Source of the DNA: Candidatus Saccharimonadota bacterium
GTDB taxonomy: Bacteria; Patescibacteriota; Patescibacteriia; 2-12-FULL-60-25
Assembly (NCBI GenBank): GCA_016699205.1
Contig: CP064964.1
Coordinates: 240,001 to 272,000 of the forward strand
Direction of reading: 5' to 3'
DNA length: 32,000 bases
Made by a program: the position numbers and the translations under genes. This document shows, piece by piece, positions 30,001-32,000 of this stretch (position 1 is the stretch's first letter; each line of letters starts with the position of its first letter). Under the pieces are notes generated by a model. That model made no database searches. It saw nothing but the letters and a program-made list of their open reading frames with translations, and was not told the DNA's origin.

Positions 30001-32000
30001 TCGCCAGCTCGCGTTGTCGTTGCGGAGCCGTATGCCGTACTTGTGACATTGAAGATCGGGACTGGCGTTGCATCGCGCTGGCTGAAGCTTTCCGCATACG
30101 GGTTTTCCGAGTTACGCGTGTCGACGAAGGCGCGGCATCCAATACCCTCTGCGCGACACAAACGCGTGAAGCGGAAGGCGTTCACTTCACGATTGAAGCG
30201 ATCGGTGTAAGCACGGCAGCCGAGCATCGCCTGCGGTTCTGCGGCACCCGTGAATGAGCGGTCACAGGAGATTGGCGTGTTCCAAGAATTCTGGATGACA
30301 AAGGCCGTGTCGCGAATGCGCTCGATGCGGACTTCATCGATAAAGGCGGCGCGGATTCCGGAGCCGGTGAGTGTCGTGATCAATGTCGAGGAAGATGCGA
30401 GGGAAGCTCCCGAGAACAAGCCGACCGTGTAACGCTGCCAATCCGTTGCTAGACGAACTTGTCCGACCTGGTTGGCGGTTGCGCCAGGCGTTGCAGAATC
30501 ACGAATACCGAAGGTCAAGGACAAATCATTGCGGCCCGCAGCCTTGGCCCAGAAGCTGACGCGATAGAGACCGTCGGATTCAGATGCAAAGTTGACGTTG
30601 GTTGCAGGCTCGCTCTCGTTCAAACGTAAGCTCTGGTCGCCGACGAGCAAGGATTCTGGCGATGCCGTACCTGCGCTAAATGCACCGCGGCCTGAACGGA
30701 AGTTTTCACTCACGAGGACCTGGGTGTTCCCGGCAGCAGAACCGGCGTAAGCACGACAAGAAGCTGCGGTAGCCGGACAAGATCGGCTCTCGCCCAAGTT
30801 AGCGTTATAGAGACACTCGCCTGTTACGGTGCTGTAATCACCACCCGTCTTGGAACAGTCGTCGCGGCTTGTGGAGCGAGAGATGCGTAATGTAACACAA
30901 TCTTCCGTCGAGAGAATCGTCTGCGAGTAATATCGGTAGTAAACATTTCCATCGCGATCGTAGAATTGGCGACAGTCTGGGTCGATACCGGTACGCCATA
31001 GACCTTCATTACAGGAAGAAGGCTCCTTGAAAGCGCCGTCTGGGCCACGCTTGGTCAAGACTTCTGGTCCCGGAGGCGTAACTCCCGATTGAGCGATGAG
31101 CGAGAATGTGCGCAATTGATAACCAGCTGTTTCCGAACCTTCCCATGTAAAGAATGTCTTACTAAGGGTAGCGCTCGGCAAGCGACAAGCGCGCAAATAG
31201 CTCCAATGTGAAGCCTGCTCCCCTCCTTCTGCGGCAGCCGCGACATTGGTGAACGCCTCACAACCAACCTGTTCTTGCGTACACTGGCGAGCTGTCGATG
31301 GAATAAAGTAGCTTGATGTAGCATCAGCAGGATCGCTAAAGCGGACATCCGGATCATTTACGAGGTCAAATGCAGCTGGCTGCTTGCGGAACTCGGCATA
31401 ACCAACACATTCCTGAGGACAGACATCATTAGATGTGAGGATAGCTGGAACTTCCGGACCGCCGGCCTTGTCTGTGTAACCCTGACAACTTGCATCGACT
31501 TGGCGGCAGACCTTTGCAAACGCGTTACAAGCGGCTGGGTCAGACGCAGCACCAGTACAATTCAAATCGTCCGGAGCGATCTTCATGTGCAAGACCGGCA
31601 AGTCACGAGCGGTACCAGCTAGATAGTTGGTAGCAAATTGACCTTCTTCAAGCTGAATCGCGTCAACGAGAGCATTGTTACCCTCGACTTCAACCACCGC
31701 GTAACGCGTTGAAGATACGGCCAAGAAGGAACATTCAAAACGGCTCCAGTTATTGTCGAGTACACGACCGGCCGTCGAAAGTTGAGGCTGCTGCTCTGCA
31801 AGACTACAACCTGAGCTCTTGTAGGCAGTCGAGAGCTCGGCCACTGGAGATTCGACCGGGGCGGCGCCAGGCGCGCTCCGCATCTGACGGACCATGATCG
31901 TTGCGAGCGGCGCAGCGCCGTTAGCACGCACCCAAGCAGAAACCGTATACAAACGGAGCGGAATCACATCGACATCCTGACGGAGACGGTTAGCAGCATC
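24084..32000 (-). CDS. giant Cys-rich extracellular protein, C-terminal 2638+ codons (5' end outside the window)
   Basis: One uninterrupted minus-strand frame runs from TAG at 24084-24086 to the window edge. The 11 codons upstream of the track's GTG at 31967 contain no stop. It contains two paralogous beta-jelly-roll/CBM-like modules, many paired cysteines and a C-terminal PKD-like WGDG...DNFGWC module. Confidence 0.85.
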   Translation of the reverse strand, partial: DAANRLRQDVDVIPLRLYTVSAWVRANGAAPLATIMVRQMRSAPGAAPVESPVAELSTAYKSSGCSLAEQQPQLSTAGRVLDNNWSRFECSFLAVSSTRYAVVEVEGNNALVDAIQLEEGQFATNYLAGTARDLPVLHMKIAPDDLNCTGAASDPAACNAFAKVCRQVDASCQGYTDKAGGPEVPAILTSNDVCPQECVGYAEFRKQPAAFDLVNDPDVRFSDPADATSSYFIPSTARQCTQEQVGCEAFTNVAAAAEGGEQASHWSYLRACRLPSATLSKTFFTWEGSETAGYQLRTFSLIAQSGVTPPGPEVLTKRGPDGAFKEPSSCNEGLWRTGIDPDCRQFYDRDGNVYYRYYSQTILSTEDCVTLRISRSTSRDDCSKTGGDYSTVTGECLYNANLGESRSCPATAASCRAYAGSAAGNTQVLVSENFRSGRGAFSAGTASPESLLVGDQSLRLNESEPATNVNFASESDGLYRVSFWAKAAGRNDLSLTFGIRDSATPGATANQVGQVRLATDWQRYTVGLFSGASLASSSTLITTLTGSGIRAAFIDEVRIERIRDTAFVIQNSWNTPISCDRSFTGAAEPQAMLGCRAYTDRFNREVNAFRFTRLCRAEGIGCRAFVDTRNSENPYAESFSQRDATPVPIFNVTSTAYGSATTTRAGDRMIYVVYDQSKVCQRENASCRAFGKPVYSVDRSSIESYQTVYYKDDITKYGDALCKPSEEFCEEYKYGGANDYFRDPQRKVCEFRQGVRLSGDDFTAADGALLDTLPEAEYDGWFRQGSSPAKPCYPEALEGGRNFPLPKRGDPIWAGWTGLCPGSASECTEFRDINDTSDPLHRTGKPYFFVNDDRLDKTTCQGNVDVGQGCVLMRDMTDPILKYNVAASYNKYENNDFRPTVPVDCFRNPTDPACEAVLAEENDANVLLKVKVDRDCAQWLGCRSSESVFDPATSRYKEICTNVALCDKSTNRPGEIFCANYVDRDSEDEVVMQRGKFFDIASYTERPVGLGEKDYSGYAVPDTFQIPELVTARVGSEGANNVDDNKYRFALDYRLAAAVQIPLDRFGSLYRVRATFGPNDARPLTGTPVQLANPDLNLCQHVGTGIIGYYLSTELFASGIANKSVVNCYLPVKSGGDNTNFQNVSTRFSLDDPRVDPTLTNSFPPAECRVNPEADSPFGQSYVTEWDLTTNPPKPVSKLGGFNSANTCEFGEDCVCNYKRAQYGSTAFSKFFSSLSQDVPPGICQGGPRDGQACLPATIFQIQTQGGRTAPAASSGGTETQELVQGVEGSNAAQTCGAPEGGGRCVAFNKLEIIRGVFGQCLERDETRIIGEDQANKPCLTWNPTPILFGDKDSFHYQPTSGYLPPQNSGQYYCVSPVKKPTKARFIWTSFSQFNSPQNGPGDGNAEVKPANMHYAGDDDWDHGPGSIFGGDRRGRLRFFAGWMTKIDYRDDWVSADNSGILGEDQNYFASIFGAKPESYYTATTDCELADDDQDDDGSFDEISGGANENDSYGIRLVDAGAGYGEYFLRTNDDNLAQQLQLLGAPKPGNVDGSVDGSEEDTSEYMSSDPAFRARRTQFFESGLSDNTISYFKIDPIKGPHGRIACGYQAAWVDNLGSVNYDDAGSNRPKDTEWRDKFYENYNPYLTRGQEGIYSSRGGRPFQVSCVGNPDPNAKCYIKYWELDYRSTNQKKFVGLQRAGQDGTPTDIIVRGLLDIRRDPIQSVCENSKPYFAVRAVFESRSENTTATGSDLTQDNVAGPWRFVGFWVSACGGDTGGDQRYIYMNMEVGTASVCKELAEVRSKNSNQDAAFTDRVWRRGDFREPGTGLQYSDSASPFSSAINTGPAGIEPLFQSGSEITGFSPLNPPTFLAPPSQTYYRPNTVPGDKWAYLSNLFARIYRVYRFQFLPVSKVDRACTDGPFKGTRCTPEATGSTASPSCSVDGACALPLTEDENIAQKVCRGGISRLLSCAESVDVCKAPSFTKEDGTIASLLNACAPVGWTEVSPGFWNRTASPLPAPISTELAGRAPHFAFGCQTNIGPNVATTCAAPEAASFDCPVRVEGRTCLPDKKCSAFATTGLTADETRNTCGADSDCNFTEVPASTVCAAPDPGWLGRCVGGLRDTQVCFYRASPDGRVEMPRAGTYGSCEVNLPAGEEVAARNSCIPVSGPSPDFTPIAVCRVPGSSDTGPNRSDNPDTDNNICTHSGGYQPRIDICPNPADEFCGLIAYRITDRSLDGSLDPSGPHPLPTDHTLGMYTPTFLGFTGSGVGAATFRYMSYYTPRPPRLAAPDTRNCAVPGQCPVSRVDAFAFNGQTDGVINVGGGSHKSTMRFYAWSAHNQMPLRQVVIDWGDGSTQRVDDTRMKNRKPFCGVQRECSLTPGLTCQTNADCPAGAGTCVAIGTCAQNANLSCSQDTDCTVGGVRDTCNIRTMFGNSTEACQSDYFDYAHLYTCGAQQTTRDGSGLPACSNSPRCSRDTNRTCTTPGSTSECAPGDICLEGLAPVGGCFDEEIRTCRFSPRVMIQDNFGWCTGECRAGLTGGQPDDVTVGPTASTVRHPNGGCWAGSTLGGDPNIRSNTSSSLSNVVANLVLPVSECKGDILDSIPTVPVPSTSRTSRPWIVYPGSLQLRANVVSTSTAP

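Noticed and set aside
1-32000. Whole-window alternative genetic code (TGA as sense, code 4 or 25), prompted by the in-frame TGA at 22173
   Set aside because: All conserved host genes are full-length under the standard code. mnmA terminates on TGA in an ATGA overlap with the next gene. The single in-frame TGA is confined to a gene that is also truncated.
1-32000. CRISPR arrays, rRNA/tRNA genes, transposases, integrases, toxin-antitoxin pairs or known defence-system genes
   Set aside because: I found no regularly spaced repeats, no RNA-gene signatures in the few intergenic gaps, and no ORF with recombinase or nuclease hallmarks on either strand.

Overview
About 52% GC by eye, compact and almost entirely minus-strand. 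Positions 1-20130 form one co-directional housekeeping array: nusA, yidC, secD, secF, a terminator, a membrane protein, a TraD/VirD4-like ATPase, uppP, an L,D-transpeptidase, a DD-carboxypeptidase, rlmN, mnmA, a GAF-like membrane protein, a short alaS, a minimal kinase-fold protein, infA, rpmJ, rpsM, rpsK, rpsD, rpoA, rplQ and rplM. Several core proteins are atypical. RpoA stops after its N-terminal domain. AlaRS lacks the C-Ala domain. L13 is short. SecD carries an inserted PrsA/parvulin-like foldase. Host-type start codons lack Shine-Dalgarno motifs. These traits suggest a reduced, CPR/Patescibacteria-like bacterium, but that is inference. Positions 20131-24083 form a 4-kb compositional mosaic. 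It holds a GC-rich hypothetical gene with its own RBS and terminator, and a decayed MvdD-type ATP-grasp gene with an in-frame TGA and a 3' truncation. It also holds an AT-rich ORF and a GC-rich Cys-rich lipoprotein gene with a perfect RBS and terminator. Positions 24084-32000 hold the 3' part of a giant Cys-rich extracellular protein gene whose frame is still open at the window edge (more than 2630 codons). I found no rRNA, tRNA, CRISPR array, transposase or integrase. The best candidates for undescribed biology are the orphan membrane-partner plus coupling-type ATPase pair in the envelope operon, the SecD-foldase fusion, and the giant protein with its adjacent mosaic island.
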